DNA of 64,000 nt from Escherichia coli phage Wa28. Location of the stretch: sequence record LC788710.1; one strand, 5' to 3'. A program made the position numbers and the translations under genes. Each line of letters begins with the position of its first letter. Position 1 is the first letter of the stretch. The notes under the pieces were generated by a model. That model worked only from the letters and a program-made list of their open reading frames with translations. It was not told where the DNA came from and did not search any database. Shown piece by piece: positions 1-9,434 of the stretch.

Positions 1-270
1 CTTATAGGTTTTCTTCTTGACTTTATCCAGCATCGTTTCAAGAACATTGAGAGGCAACTTCTGACCTTCAATATTCACGCCAAGCTCTTCCATTAGCATG
101 GTATTTAAGTCAATACGAGTAAGTTTCTTGCCCTTGCTAGACATACGAATTCCCGCCTTTTTCTCAAGTTTTGCACGCTCTGGTGAATCGAGGTCACGTA
201 ATGCGATGTTCAATTCATACGGAGCCATATTGTAATGGTTAGCCATCTGAGTATAGTAACGATCTGACAT
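1..270 (-). CDS. hypothetical protein, N-terminal part only (gene runs past window start)
   Basis: Open frame on minus strand starting at ATG 268-270 (MSDRYYTQMANHYNMAPYEL...), GAGGAG SD upstream, promoter module just upstream; not in ORF track because truncated. Confidence 0.4.
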   Translation of the reverse strand, partial: MSDRYYTQMANHYNMAPYELNIALRDLDSPERAKLEKKAGIRMSSKGKKLTRIDLNTMLMEELGVNIEGQKLPLNVLETMLDKVKKKTYK

Positions 271-303
271 TTGTGAAACTCCTCTGATTCAATTTATATA
301 AAT

Positions 304-332
304 ATTATATAAAAATTTCAGCGGAAAGTCAA
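304..332 (-). promoter_or_regulatory. sigma70-type early promoter (-35 TTGACT, 17 bp spacer, -10 TATAAT)
   Basis: Reverse complement of 304-332 gives TTGACT-N17-TATAAT followed by conserved ATTTATATAAATTG start region. Confidence 0.6.
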
Positions 333-345
333 CTACTTTTTTATA

Positions 346-762
346 TTAGTGTGCTTGATGTGGGAATCTCTTCCTAACTAAGTACATAGTTATTGGATAT
401 ATTGAATACATAAGTATAGGGGAGAAAAGGGTGAAATAAGCCGTGACTCCCCCAGCTAACATTAGTGGTATCAATGCTAGAGTAAGGGCCATAAGAATCA
501 TACCGAATGAGACAGCCAGGGCTACTGTGATGCAGTTCTCTAACTCCATCCAAAGCCAACAATATTTCGTATTCCTCTGGCAGTTGCATTTGCAAACGCC
601 GAATGTGCCCATAATTATATACTCTAGCCCATGAACGACTTTCTTTAATGTATCATTTTGGGTAACTAGTGCGACAACAGTGAGAATTATCATTAAGATG
701 AAAATTACTAGGCTTATTTTCCATATTCCTAGTAATATCATGGTGAATAGTTCTGCAAACAT
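346..762 (-). CDS. small integral membrane protein (several predicted TM helices), downstream of endolysin
   Basis: ORF track 138 aa; hydrophobic stretches ILLGIWKISLVIFILMIILTVVALV and others. Confidence 0.5.
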   Translation of the reverse strand: MFAELFTMILLGIWKISLVIFILMIILTVVALVTQNDTLKKVVHGLEYIIMGTFGVCKCNCQRNTKYCWLWMELENCITVALAVSFGMILMALTLALIPLMLAGGVTAYFTLFSPILMYSIYPITMYLVRKRFPHQAH

Positions 763-837
763 GGCTTTCTCCTATCATTAAGTTTTTAAAGCCCCCTTTG
801 CTTTAAAAGGCGGGAATTACCCCGCCTTGATTTATTA

Positions 838-1251
838 TCAGACTAATTCTACGTGACCACCGTCGTAAGTACCACGATCGATCTCATCATGATAATCACC
901 AGAACTATTCCAGTCGGCACCAAAACGAAGTTTGACACCAAGTTCCTTACCGGCTTGTTCAAAAGCCTTCTTAACAGCCCAAAATGCTTCCAGATCTTTC
1001 CAATCAATCTTTCCATTAATATATGGTGCAAAATCGATAGCGTCTCCAGTTACATGCTTACTCTTGCTAGGGTCTTTCAAAAATGAAGTACCATTAGCAA
1101 TGTTTTGGGCACTTTGTGCTACTGTACGAATACCCTGTACGATTGTGAAATCATATGGAGATAATTCTAAAGCCCTACGAGCTACCTTTTGTAGCTCGGG
1201 CTTAACAGTTGCTAATTGTTTTTCGCTATTTTTACCAAATTTAAAACTCAT
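838..1251 (-). CDS. lys: endolysin, L-alanyl-D-glutamate peptidase (M15 family zinc peptidase)
   Basis: 137 aa; motifs HVTGDAIDF and DGGHVEL typical of M15 peptidases; size and position match T5 endolysin. Confidence 0.75.
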   Translation of the reverse strand: MSFKFGKNSEKQLATVKPELQKVARRALELSPYDFTIVQGIRTVAQSAQNIANGTSFLKDPSKSKHVTGDAIDFAPYINGKIDWKDLEAFWAVKKAFEQAGKELGVKLRFGADWNSSGDYHDEIDRGTYDGGHVELV

Positions 1252-1904
1252 ATAGATCTACCTAATGATCTCCGTTGTGGGGAACAGAGCTTTGCTAAGT
1301 ACTCATTAAATTGTTCCGAATCAGCTGTATCTACGGGTTTATCCTTCCATGCAATACCTATGTATCCAGCATAGATATTATTTAGGTTGAAATATGGACA
1401 AGTGTAGACGTAATTAAAAGTAATGTTCTTAAATGCTGGTATATTTGACCCTGTATATTTATTTACTTTTACACTTAAATCCGCAGCGTAGTTAAAGCCT
1501 TCCAGGTGACGTCTATAAAGTTCAGACGTCTTATTTACTGCTTTATCGGCCAAGTCAGCCCTATCCAATTGCGCATTGCTTTCCCATGCAATAATGTTTG
1601 AATAATCATTTATAGCATCTGGTTTATACTTTACTACAAAAACGGCATCCGCACCAGTCTGGGAGAAAAGAACCATACTCTTTTCTCGTGCTACATTAGG
1701 AAAGTTATCTATCCTTTGGGTTTGAACATCCTGTAAAACCGAAGACGTGGAGAAAGTCTTTAAAAATGACATCACCTCGCTAGTGTTACTTACAAACAAG
1801 AAAATAATGACAGCAACTAAGATAGTTAGCAGACGTTTTAGTAGTGAAGCTGGATCTTTCGCTTCTTGTAGCAGTATCGTTAATAGTTGTATAAACTTTT
1901 CCAC
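1248..1904 (-). CDS. holin-like membrane protein immediately upstream of endolysin
   Basis: 218 aa, N-terminal TM helix (LLTILVAVIIFLFVSN), 4-nt overlap with endolysin start. Confidence 0.5.
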   Translation of the reverse strand: MEKFIQLLTILLQEAKDPASLLKRLLTILVAVIIFLFVSNTSEVMSFLKTFSTSSVLQDVQTQRIDNFPNVAREKSMVLFSQTGADAVFVVKYKPDAINDYSNIIAWESNAQLDRADLADKAVNKTSELYRRHLEGFNYAADLSVKVNKYTGSNIPAFKNITFNYVYTCPYFNLNNIYAGYIGIAWKDKPVDTADSEQFNEYLAKLCSPQRRSLGRSI

Positions 1905-2014
1905 TTGTAACCTCCTCTAACCACTACCATTATACTAATTCTAGAGTAAAATTACAATGTGTTTTTTAAGATCACTTCTGGAGCACAATTTTTTGTCGTT
2001 GTCAAGAAGAATTT

Positions 2015-2050
2015 TAGGCAAAAGAAAAGCCAGAGTCGTTAAACTCTGGC
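2015..2050 (-). terminator. rho-independent terminator (minus strand)
   Basis: Inverted repeat GCCAGAGT..ACTCTGGC followed on minus strand by T-rich run. Confidence 0.5.
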
Positions 2051-2060
2051 TTAAAACTAC

Positions 2061-2660
2061 TTACACTTCTCCATGTTCTTCTGGATGCGGGGCTTGAGCT
2101 TTACTACACTGCTCTTTACGATAATTCGCCAAAATTTCAATACGCTTATTGATTTCTTTGCTGTTGAGATAGATATTCTTATTCTCTTTTACCATGTCCT
2201 CGATTTCGTCGACAGAGAAGAACGGAAAGTAAATATCTAGCATCATATCTTCTACAAACTGGTTGTAGGATTCATATGCTTTCTTGATTTCTTGACCTTT
2301 CTCGCAGAATCCGCCAGAGAACGTATGTCCCATAAGCGTAGCATGTGGATGTACAACCCAACCGTGGCAAGATAGGAAGATTGTGCAGTAAGCAGAAGCA
2401 CTAGGACCGAGTAGGTGTCCAATAACAGTTCCACGACAGTTAGCGATTAGGTTAGATAGTTGTGCAGCAGTATCAACGTAACCACCCGGCCCATTAATCA
2501 TCAGATTAATTTCATCATCTTCACCAGCCTGCATCAGTATCATGGATAGGTCACGATACTCATCCGGTGAGCCTAATTCTTCATCAAAGAAAAAGGTATA
2601 TTCGTTAGATTGGCGAACAGTGTGAAACAGGTTAGTCTTTTCTTCTTTCTTGTTAGTCAT
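2061..2660 (-). CDS. ClpP-like serine protease
   Basis: 199 aa; ClpP-like core (MINGPGGYVDTAAQL ... GHTFSGG). Confidence 0.6.
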   Translation of the reverse strand: MTNKKEEKTNLFHTVRQSNEYTFFFDEELGSPDEYRDLSMILMQAGEDDEINLMINGPGGYVDTAAQLSNLIANCRGTVIGHLLGPSASAYCTIFLSCHGWVVHPHATLMGHTFSGGFCEKGQEIKKAYESYNQFVEDMMLDIYFPFFSVDEIEDMVKENKNIYLNSKEINKRIEILANYRKEQCSKAQAPHPEEHGEV

Positions 2661-2672
2661 AGTGATCCTTAA

Positions 2673-3425
2673 TTATCCAACTAGTGGTTCTAGCTCTAAG
2701 TCACAGAAGTGGTACACATCGGTACGAAGTGCATCAAGTCCGTTGAAGGTATTCTCAAATTTATGAGAAATATATTTTTCAGGAATACCGCTTTCAGACG
2801 GATGATCTGTCTCGATGCGATACTTATTAGTAATACCAGATTCAACCTTAATAAGCATGGAATCCATATCTAGAGTATTGGTTTCCATGATTAGTTCTCC
2901 CTCATTGGGGAAACGCACATCGGTAACGATTGCGACGTCTGGGTCGTCTTTATCGATGGATTGCTCCAGAATTATGAGCCAAATGCGTTCATGCACCAGC
3001 TGCCTTCCTAACTCAGTACCTACAAGCTGTAGCATTTTTCTTGGGGAGATAAATACGCTATACAGCGCATCATCAGCTTGCCCAATTAACTGCTGAGGAT
3101 CAAGGTATTTTCCTTCAAATATCGGCCAAACGTACGAGAAGTCCTCAAACTTATCGATACCATACTTAAACCATACGTCTCTAGCTCGCTCCAATTGAGA
3201 TTGTGTGACTGTAAACCATTGGTCAATCTCTTTTCCCCTGCGCTCTCCCAGAAACTCTGGAGTTACCCCGAGGATTACGGATGCAAGTTCGTAAACGGGT
3301 TTAGCAAAACTGTAACGACGGGATAAACACGTTGGGAACGTGTCATTACACCAGTCAATCATTAATTCTGCAACGGTATCTTTTCCCGCACCAGCCTCAC
3401 CATGTAAACCGACTAATACTGACAT
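2673..3425 (-). CDS. dnk: deoxynucleoside monophosphate kinase
   Basis: 250 aa; P-loop GLHGEAGAGKDT at N-terminus; typical position in T5-like phages. Confidence 0.7.
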   Translation of the reverse strand: MSVLVGLHGEAGAGKDTVAELMIDWCNDTFPTCLSRRYSFAKPVYELASVILGVTPEFLGERRGKEIDQWFTVTQSQLERARDVWFKYGIDKFEDFSYVWPIFEGKYLDPQQLIGQADDALYSVFISPRKMLQLVGTELGRQLVHERIWLIILEQSIDKDDPDVAIVTDVRFPNEGELIMETNTLDMDSMLIKVESGITNKYRIETDHPSESGIPEKYISHKFENTFNGLDALRTDVYHFCDLELEPLVG

Positions 3426-3778
3426 TAATCTTTCCTATTTGTAATGGGTGGATAGTAAACTAAGCAACGTTTTTCTTGTAAATCTTGACGATAGAAGCAA
3501 ACCATACCAGTCAGTCGTGAAATGTAAGAGTAAACTGCTTCCTCGCATTTTGCTTTTGCATTCCAATCTTTGTAAGGTACAACAACTACTACGCCATCTT
3601 CGCCATTCGTAGCTAATTTCTTTTCGAATTTGAAATCAAAGCTACACGGCTGAAGTCCTTTAGGCCAGTCAACATGGGCTTGCTTTAACTCATGTGAAGG
3701 CTCTGGTTTTATTTCTTCTGCACAGCCTGTGATTGTGATTGCGGCTGCGAGCAGTACTCCAAGTTTCCAGTTAAGCAT
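3425..3778 (-). CDS. lipoprotein, candidate outer-membrane spanin (Rz1-like)
   Basis: Signal peptide with lipobox LAAAITITG-C; overlaps 3' end of the upstream TM/coiled-coil ORF out of frame. Confidence 0.5.
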   Translation of the reverse strand: MLNWKLGVLLAAAITITGCAEEIKPEPSHELKQAHVDWPKGLQPCSFDFKFEKKLATNGEDGVVVVVPYKDWNAKAKCEEAVYSYISRLTGMVCFYRQDLQEKRCLVYYPPITNRKD

Positions 3779-4158
3779 GCTAATCTTTCCTCGAACTCCT
3801 TACTCTGCTTTTTAGCAATTAATGTAACCAATCCAGGCTTTGCAGCTATAATGTCTTGACGACTAAGTGCTTTATCAAGCTGACTAATTTTCTTGTCTAG
3901 ATCTGCTTGGGAAACATTATTCATTGTGAAATACTGATTCATACGAGTTTCACGAAGTTCACTTTCAGCTTTCACATTATTAAGGGAAGTCTCTAGGGAC
4001 GTAATCTTTTTAGTAGCTACTGCAAGATCACCTGCTAGAGTCTCAACCTTATTTACTAAGTGATAAGCACCGAATCCGATACCTATCGCAAGACCAGCTC
4101 CCAGGATATACCACTTACCTTGCCATATTCCTGAAAGAAGTTTTTGTATCAAATCCAT
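3709..4158 (-). CDS. membrane-anchored coiled-coil protein, candidate inner-membrane spanin (Rz-like)
   Basis: 149 aa; N-terminal TM (YILGAGLAIGIGFGAYHLV) then charged helical region. Confidence 0.5.
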   Translation of the reverse strand: MDLIQKLLSGIWQGKWYILGAGLAIGIGFGAYHLVNKVETLAGDLAVATKKITSLETSLNNVKAESELRETRMNQYFTMNNVSQADLDKKISQLDKALSRQDIIAAKPGLVTLIAKKQSKEFEERLACLTGNLEYCSQPQSQSQAVQKK

Positions 4159-4813
4159 GTGCTGCTAACCTGTCTTTATCTGATACGGTAATCATATCAG
4201 GCTCACCAGTTCCTAGTACACCGAAGATATACTGTTCGAGAACTTGGTGTAAACGGTATAAGTTACTTTCAATTTCCTGCCACGGAATACCTGACTGGTG
4301 GAAACGAATGTTTGTCTGAATTACGAAGTTACGAACATCATCGTTATCGTTCTTCTTAATACCTTTCACATATGCAATTGGTACGCGCAGTTCAGATAAG
4401 ATACGTTCTGCTTTAGGTTTTGCTTCAACCAACATATCTCGCATGGTTTCACGAACATCACCACGATTCTTGTCTAGTAAGTAAGAACGGGCATGTAATC
4501 CCATTTCTTCCATTTTATCAAATACAGCATCGATGTTGAACGTTTTGAAACTGAATGCCGGATGCCAGCAGGACAGCTCATGTAACCAGTAAACTTCACC
4601 TGCAATAAACAGCGGATTTACTGAGTATTCGAAATCACCACGGAAGGATAAGGAACCTTCACGAAACACCTGACGATTATGAACAATATTCTTTTCTACA
4701 TCGTCGGTTACTTTTACTCGCAGCTCTTCAGTTTTACGCTCCCAGACACGATCTGGATCAAATAAACTATTCTGCAAATCGTATACATCATTGAACTTTG
4801 AAATGATTCTCAT
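4115..4813 (-). CDS. hypothetical protein
   Basis: ORF track 232 aa, consistent strand and spacing. Confidence 0.5.
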   Translation of the reverse strand: MRIISKFNDVYDLQNSLFDPDRVWERKTEELRVKVTDDVEKNIVHNRQVFREGSLSFRGDFEYSVNPLFIAGEVYWLHELSCWHPAFSFKTFNIDAVFDKMEEMGLHARSYLLDKNRGDVRETMRDMLVEAKPKAERILSELRVPIAYVKGIKKNDNDDVRNFVIQTNIRFHQSGIPWQEIESNLYRLHQVLEQYIFGVLGTGEPDMITVSDKDRLAAHGFDTKTSFRNMAR

Positions 4814-4958
4814 AAATTATCCTTTTGCCTCAATCTATAAACATATTATACAATACTTGTGGCATCTGAGCAACTGAAATTTTATTACAAAAATAGCCCA
4901 GTCGCAAAATTGCAGGCTGGGCTTTGTCATTATTATTCTTGCTAGGAGGTGATTATCA

Positions 4959-5348
4959 TCACTCTTGTTTACTTAATTCTCTAGCACGACGTAGCGATCC
5001 AGCGGTTCTCCATAGTTTAATGTCGTCAACAACTTCTTTGTAGGGAGCAATAGTAAGACCTAGCGGCCCCGCTACCAACAGTCCAAAGAAACCAATTACA
5101 CGCATGTAAAGCAAGCATTCTTTGGGAGTCATTGACTGGACAGCCTGTCTTTCCTCAGCACTGTCGAACTCGTGTTCTCGATCGTCTAAACGTAGGTACT
5201 TAATAAACCATTCAGCAGAATATTCATCCAGATGACGAATAACTGCAATAGCATAGCCTAAACCAATAATAAACCATGCTGCTACAATGAATAAAATAAA
5301 GCTCATGATATCTCCAGTTAAAGTTGAGGTCAGCGACCAACTCACCAC
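4959..5348 (-). CDS. hypothetical membrane protein
   Basis: 129 aa with two hydrophobic helices. Confidence 0.5.
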   Translation of the reverse strand: MVSWSLTSTLTGDIMSFILFIVAAWFIIGLGYAIAVIRHLDEYSAEWFIKYLRLDDREHEFDSAEERQAVQSMTPKECLLYMRVIGFFGLLVAGPLGLTIAPYKEVVDDIKLWRTAGSLRRARELSKQE

Positions 5349-5423
5349 TTACCGCACTAAAGGGGCACGACTCCCTTATCCGTAACAGTTGCAGGTGACG
5401 CAACTCGGTCCTACGCGAGTTCT

Positions 5424-5708
5424 TTACTTGCTCTGCATTTCAGCGCGAAACTTTTTCATCTTACGAGTTTTACGGAAGAAGAAGTAAGTAGCTACTGGCC
5501 CGAACAAGGTGTCCATGATAAGCATACCTGACATAATGAATTTGAACATCTTTTCATCGTCAAATTCTGCTAATTCTGGTGGACGATATTTGTTTATAAC
5601 ATAAAGAATAACATCTTTATTTTTAGAGATATACAGATCATCAATCAGGCTGTAAATCGCGACAACTGCACCAATAACAAACCACAAAGCAAATGGAGAG
5701 ATAATCAT
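5424..5708 (-). CDS. hypothetical membrane protein
   Basis: 94 aa, hydrophobic N-terminus, 4-nt overlap with upstream gene. Confidence 0.5.
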   Translation of the reverse strand: MIISPFALWFVIGAVVAIYSLIDDLYISKNKDVILYVINKYRPPELAEFDDEKMFKFIMSGMLIMDTLFGPVATYFFFRKTRKMKKFRAEMQSK

Positions 5709-5998
5709 TTAAGATCCTTTTCATCAATTAGAATAGTAACAAACAATGGTACACAACCTGGGCACAAATCTTTACCAAACTTTTCCATCACATCCCAAAG
5801 TGGTAAAGTAATCACACCATTCTTAACTCTAGAATCTGTATACTCAGCTATTCGTTTATTTGCAAAATCAGTAGCTAAATCTGAGTTATGCTCGTAGCTA
5901 TAATCAGTCCAGAATTTAACATGATCCTTTCTAAGATATTCTAGCACAGCATCAGTTGCTGGAATCTGTACTAGACTGTTGAGATTTAGCTCTTTCAC
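5705..5998 (-). CDS. hypothetical protein
   Basis: ORF track 97 aa. Confidence 0.45.
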   Translation of the reverse strand: MKELNLNSLVQIPATDAVLEYLRKDHVKFWTDYSYEHNSDLATDFANKRIAEYTDSRVKNGVITLPLWDVMEKFGKDLCPGCVPLFVTILIDEKDLK

Positions 5999-6449
5999 GT
6001 TCTTCTCTCCGACGTTTGCGTTCTTTCATCATGTAAGCTGCTACAACTTCATGGTAGTAGTCGTTAATGTTACCTTCAGGCAAGAAATGCTTAATCGTTT
6101 CTAGCTGGCAGACAACACGGTAAAGATGTTTATTTGGTAAACATAATTTCATGCCCATAACAAATCCAGAGAAGCCTGGAACACTGAACATGGGTTGGGC
6201 TTCTACGTTGCCCTCTGGATTGATACTAAGTTCAATCGAGATGCCCATTTTCATGCTATAAAGCTGACAGCCTTCACCATTGCCAAATCTTGACCAAACA
6301 GTGAAGTCCTCATCTATCTGATCTTGGATTTCTTCGACTGCATGTTTAATTCTAGGGTCTAAATTACTCATCTTCACCTTCAAAGCCGCAGTCATAACGG
6401 CAAGTAAAAGAATCAGAACTATTAGTACGTTGAGTAGTGATTTCACCAC
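5952..6449 (-). CDS. hypothetical protein (N-terminal TM, basic C-terminus)
   Basis: ORF track 165 aa. Confidence 0.45.
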   Translation of the reverse strand: MVKSLLNVLIVLILLLAVMTAALKVKMSNLDPRIKHAVEEIQDQIDEDFTVWSRFGNGEGCQLYSMKMGISIELSINPEGNVEAQPMFSVPGFSGFVMGMKLCLPNKHLYRVVCQLETIKHFLPEGNINDYYHEVVAAYMMKERKRRREERERAKSQQSSTDSSN

Positions 6450-6663
6450 GTTTACTAACAGTAATAGCCGGAGTAGAGAAGTTTTTATTAGTATAGATTT
6501 CTACTTTGCCATTACGTTCTTTAACATCACGTACTTTACCATATTCGGTGGTAATGCCGTTCTGCTGAACTTTAACATTACCATTTTTCATAGAAACTTT
6601 GGTAGATGCCAGAGAACCGAAACTAACTGCTGAAATTACCAGAGCAATAATAAACTTATTCAT
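6364..6663 (-). CDS. small secreted protein (signal peptide); start moved to internal Met
   Basis: ATG at 6661-6663 with GAGGAAG SD; MNKFIIALVISAVSFGSLA signal peptide. Confidence 0.5.
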   Translation of the reverse strand: MNKFIIALVISAVSFGSLASTKVSMKNGNVKVQQNGITTEYGKVRDVKERNGKVEIYTNKNFSTPAITVSKRGEITTQRTNSSDSFTCRYDCGFEGEDE

Positions 6664-6937
6664 CAGGATCTTCCTCATTACAGTCACGGCATACATCATA
6701 ATCGTTGTAAGAATGTTCGTGCGCTTCACACCACCAGCCACATTCGTCACACAGAAAGATTTCGGTCTTTTCAATGGCTTGGCCTAGTAATTCGTAGGCT
6801 TCATCATGTGTAATCTTCAGGCTACAAACATCAGCTACTTGTTGAACAATCAGACTCCCTACTTTGTGGTAGGACATGCAGGTTCCTTGTGCATCATGCT
6901 CAAGGACGTGGATAGCACAGTCTAAGCGATTTTTCAT
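6656..6937 (-). CDS. cysteine-rich small protein (possible zinc-binding)
   Basis: 93 aa; CDECGWWCEAHEH...CRDCNEED; promoter plus SD directly upstream. Confidence 0.5.
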   Translation of the reverse strand: MKNRLDCAIHVLEHDAQGTCMSYHKVGSLIVQQVADVCSLKITHDEAYELLGQAIEKTEIFLCDECGWWCEAHEHSYNDYDVCRDCNEEDPDE

Positions 6938-6967
6938 TTCAAAGCCCTCTCATCAATTTATATAAAT

Positions 6968-6996
6968 ATTATATCAAAAGGAGAGGGTTTTAGCAA
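6968..6996 (-). promoter_or_regulatory. early promoter (-35 TTGCTA, 17 bp, -10 TATAAT)
   Basis: Reverse complement gives TTGCTA-N17-TATAAT then ATTTATATAAATTGATGAGAGG and ATG. Confidence 0.7.
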
Positions 6997-7013
6997 ATGA
7001 ATTATTTACGAAA

Positions 7014-7409
7014 TTAGTCGTAAACCCACCATAACCCACGCTTACGCAGGTCATGATCACGGTTATAGTCATAATTTTCTGGATCTTTCAGTACACGGTG
7101 AAGTTCGCGACGGCTTCCCTGACGAACCATTTTGTTAGAATGCCACTTAACACTTCTGCTAATAGAATCCCACCAGTGTCCATCTTTCTTCTCGTTACGG
7201 ATGATATTTTCCTGAATCTCCTTCTCAATTTCATCCCAAGTTTTAGCCCATGCTTCATTGGAGCGAACTTGATAATATTTCCACTGCTTACCATCCCTAT
7301 CCGTGTAGATATACGGAATACGGATATTAGTGCTATGAAAATTATAAGTAGAACGATGTGCAGCACGCCAGTGACGATCACCAGATTGTTTACGGTATGT
7401 ACGGCTCAT
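7014..7409 (-). CDS. hypothetical basic Trp-rich protein
   Basis: ORF track 131 aa. Confidence 0.45.
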   Translation of the reverse strand: MSRTYRKQSGDRHWRAAHRSTYNFHSTNIRIPYIYTDRDGKQWKYYQVRSNEAWAKTWDEIEKEIQENIIRNEKKDGHWWDSISRSVKWHSNKMVRQGSRRELHRVLKDPENYDYNRDHDLRKRGLWWVYD

Positions 7410-7467
7410 ATTACCTCCATTAAGTCTTTTAAATTAACTTAATGTGGGCGAACTTCAAAATATAACA

Positions 7468-7653
7468 TCAGTAATCTCCGTTGTCGTTGTATACTACCCC
7501 ACTGCTGGGGAGTTCTTCTACTGTCACATTTTCGAATTCTATAGAACTTCTATGGTTTCTAGCCAGTTCGATTGCTTCTTCCGCAGTTTCTGCAACGACA
7601 ATAGCTGTACCACCTAACCACAGACCTCTATAGCTCACTTTAAAAATTTTCAT
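7468..7653 (-). CDS. hypothetical small protein
   Basis: ORF track 61 aa. Confidence 0.4.
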   Translation of the reverse strand: MKIFKVSYRGLWLGGTAIVVAETAEEAIELARNHRSSIEFENVTVEELPSSGVVYNDNGDY

Positions 7654-7717
7654 TTCGAAAATCCTATATACAAGAAAACCCCAGACTACTTATTCAATAG
7701 CTGGGGTTTGTTATTAA

Positions 7718-8017
7718 TTAGATAATTTCTACAATATCCTGAGTTACAAAACCGTCGAATTCATCAGAGATACCACCTGTAAAGGTGATGCCCATAATCA
7801 TTGCATCCATCTTTTTAATCTCCGAGATTTTCATGCCTGCTTTACTATTCTTATAGTATTTGCGAGGATTCCCACACATCCAACAAGAACAGATGCAAGG
7901 AGTGGTAGTGATAATGCCTAACCGCTTAGGACTTTCTTCATGTGGGAAGACTGTCCAATACTTTTTGCGATTGTTTTTCACACGTTGCCGGTGATGGCGT
8001 CTTAATGCTCGATCCAC
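7718..8017 (-). CDS. hypothetical protein with Cys cluster
   Basis: 99 aa; CICSCWMCGNPRK. Confidence 0.45.
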   Translation of the reverse strand: MDRALRRHHRQRVKNNRKKYWTVFPHEESPKRLGIITTTPCICSCWMCGNPRKYYKNSKAGMKISEIKKMDAMIMGITFTGGISDEFDGFVTQDIVEII

Positions 8018-8098
8018 ACATTTCTCCTAAAACTTGGGAGATAAATGGAGTTTGCTCGACTACCTTGCGTAGTTGGTAGAAATCGTACCCAAACCCCA

Positions 8099-8467
8099 TT
8101 ACATCGCCTGAGTAAATGTACGACTAATAACGTCGTTCTGTTGTTCACGCGTCAATGCGTTAAATCGAACAGCATAGCCAGAGACACGGATGGTCAACTG
8201 AGGATATTTTTCAGGATGTTTCTGTGCATCCAAAAGCTGATCACGGCTTAACACATTGACATTTAGGTGCTGACCACCCTCGACTTGAGGAACCACTTCC
8301 ACATCTACAATGCGAAAGGCCTCAGGGTCAAAGTGAGGTGTGATACCTTCTAGATCTTCGACTAGAACTTTCTGTTTAAGTTCACCATCTTTAGAATATA
8401 GTTGAATGATCTGATTGTTATGAACAATGTTAATTACGCCAGACTTAAGACTTTGATATGCTTTCAT
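8099..8467 (-). CDS. autonomous glycyl radical cofactor (GrcA/YfiD-like)
   Basis: 122 aa; C-terminal [12 protein letters not shown]...[31 protein letters not shown] closely resembles the GrcA/pyruvate formate-lyase glycyl radical domain. Confidence 0.8.
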   Translation of the reverse strand: MKAYQSLKSGVINIVHNNQIIQLYSKDGELKQKVLVEDLEGITPHFDPEAFRIVDVEVVPQVEGGQHLNVNVLSRDQLLDAQKHPEKYPQLTIRVSGYAVRFNALTREQQNDVISRTFTQAM

Positions 8468-8832
8468 TAGATCTCCCTGATGTTAGAATTTGGCTCAGCT
8501 TTTTGTTAACCCAGAAGCAAGATAAAAACTGGAAGGCAGGCTTGCTTATTAAGTGAATACCCGATAATCGCTCGTAGTCCGGCTTGTGGATTGATAGTCC
8601 CATTCAGTTTAATAAGCACAGGAGCTTTGATTTTAACGTTGCGATCTTCCAGGTCTGTTGCAACTACGTGATTGCTCACGCTAAGACAATGGCTATCTAA
8701 AGTCTTAGCTTCTACATTTATACTCCTGGATAGCATGGAGTTGCAGTCTACTTCCTGCTGTCACGCCCGGCCATTTATAGAATGTGGACTCTCTTCTCAG
8801 CAGGATCTGGTACAATGACCTGATCCTCTGTT

Positions 8833-8908
8833 TGGTAGTTAGTAGTGGATTTGAACCACTGTAGTCGCTCCGTATGAAGGAGGTGCATAACCACTCTGCC
8901 AACTAACT
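8833..8908 (-). tRNA. tRNA-Met (anticodon CAT), manual call
   Basis: GTTCAAATCC T-arm, perfect 7-bp acceptor stem, encoded CCA, anticodon loop TTCATAC. Confidence 0.6.
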
Positions 8909-8914
8909 ATAATT

Positions 8915-8990
8915 TGGTACTCCGACTTGGGATCGAACCAAGATTTGACGATTATCGGTCGCCTGTTCTAACCGTTTGAACTATCGGAGC
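8915..8990 (-). tRNA. tRNA-Ile (anticodon GAT), manual call
   Basis: GGTTCGATCC T-arm, acceptor pairing, CCA end, anticodon loop CCGATAA. Confidence 0.6.
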
Positions 8991-8991
8991 A

Positions 8992-9285
8992 TTACATCAT
9001 TTCGTCTAAGTAAGAAGTATACTGGTATTTAGCTTCTCCAGTTTTATCTACTTCGACTTCTGTTCTAGGTACTTTTCGTACCAGACCGTGAATCATCTTG
9101 TACTGAATAGACTTAGATGGTTCGTGATCTTTTGGAAATACTTGTTTAACCGTTACTACTTTGAAGCCTTCACGAGGTGTTAGCACAACAACTTGATCAC
9201 CTTCTTTTATTTTCCAAGACTCAGGAAATTCGTAAGTGTAGCGTTGACCACCCGTTTGGAACACGACAGAAAGATAACGTTTCAT
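8992..9285 (-). CDS. hypothetical protein
   Basis: ORF track 97 aa; promoter module upstream. Confidence 0.5.
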   Translation of the reverse strand: MKRYLSVVFQTGGQRYTYEFPESWKIKEGDQVVVLTPREGFKVVTVKQVFPKDHEPSKSIQYKMIHGLVRKVPRTEVEVDKTGEAKYQYTSYLDEMM

Positions 9286-9315
9286 TTGGTTTCCCTCTCA
9301 TTAATTTATGTAAAT

Positions 9316-9344
9316 ATTATAACAAGAAATAAGAGAGAAGGCAA
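9316..9344 (-). promoter_or_regulatory. early promoter (-35 TTGCCT, -10 TATAAT)
   Basis: Conserved promoter module, reverse complement. Confidence 0.6.
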
Positions 9345-9359
9345 ATGAATTTTTAAATT

Positions 9360-9434
9360 TGGTGCTCCCACCAGGAATCGAACCCGGTTCAGATGCTTAC
9401 AAGGCAACTGCATCGCCAGCAATGCTTTAGGAGC
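9360..9434 (-). tRNA. tRNA-Thr (anticodon TGT), manual call
   Basis: GGTTCGATTCC T-arm, acceptor pairing with one G-U, CCA end. Confidence 0.55.

Noticed and set aside
8506-8902. Minus-strand ORFs 8506-8736 and 8705-8902
   Set aside because: No SD, overlap tRNA-Met and adjacent noncoding sequence; kept only as possible noncoding region
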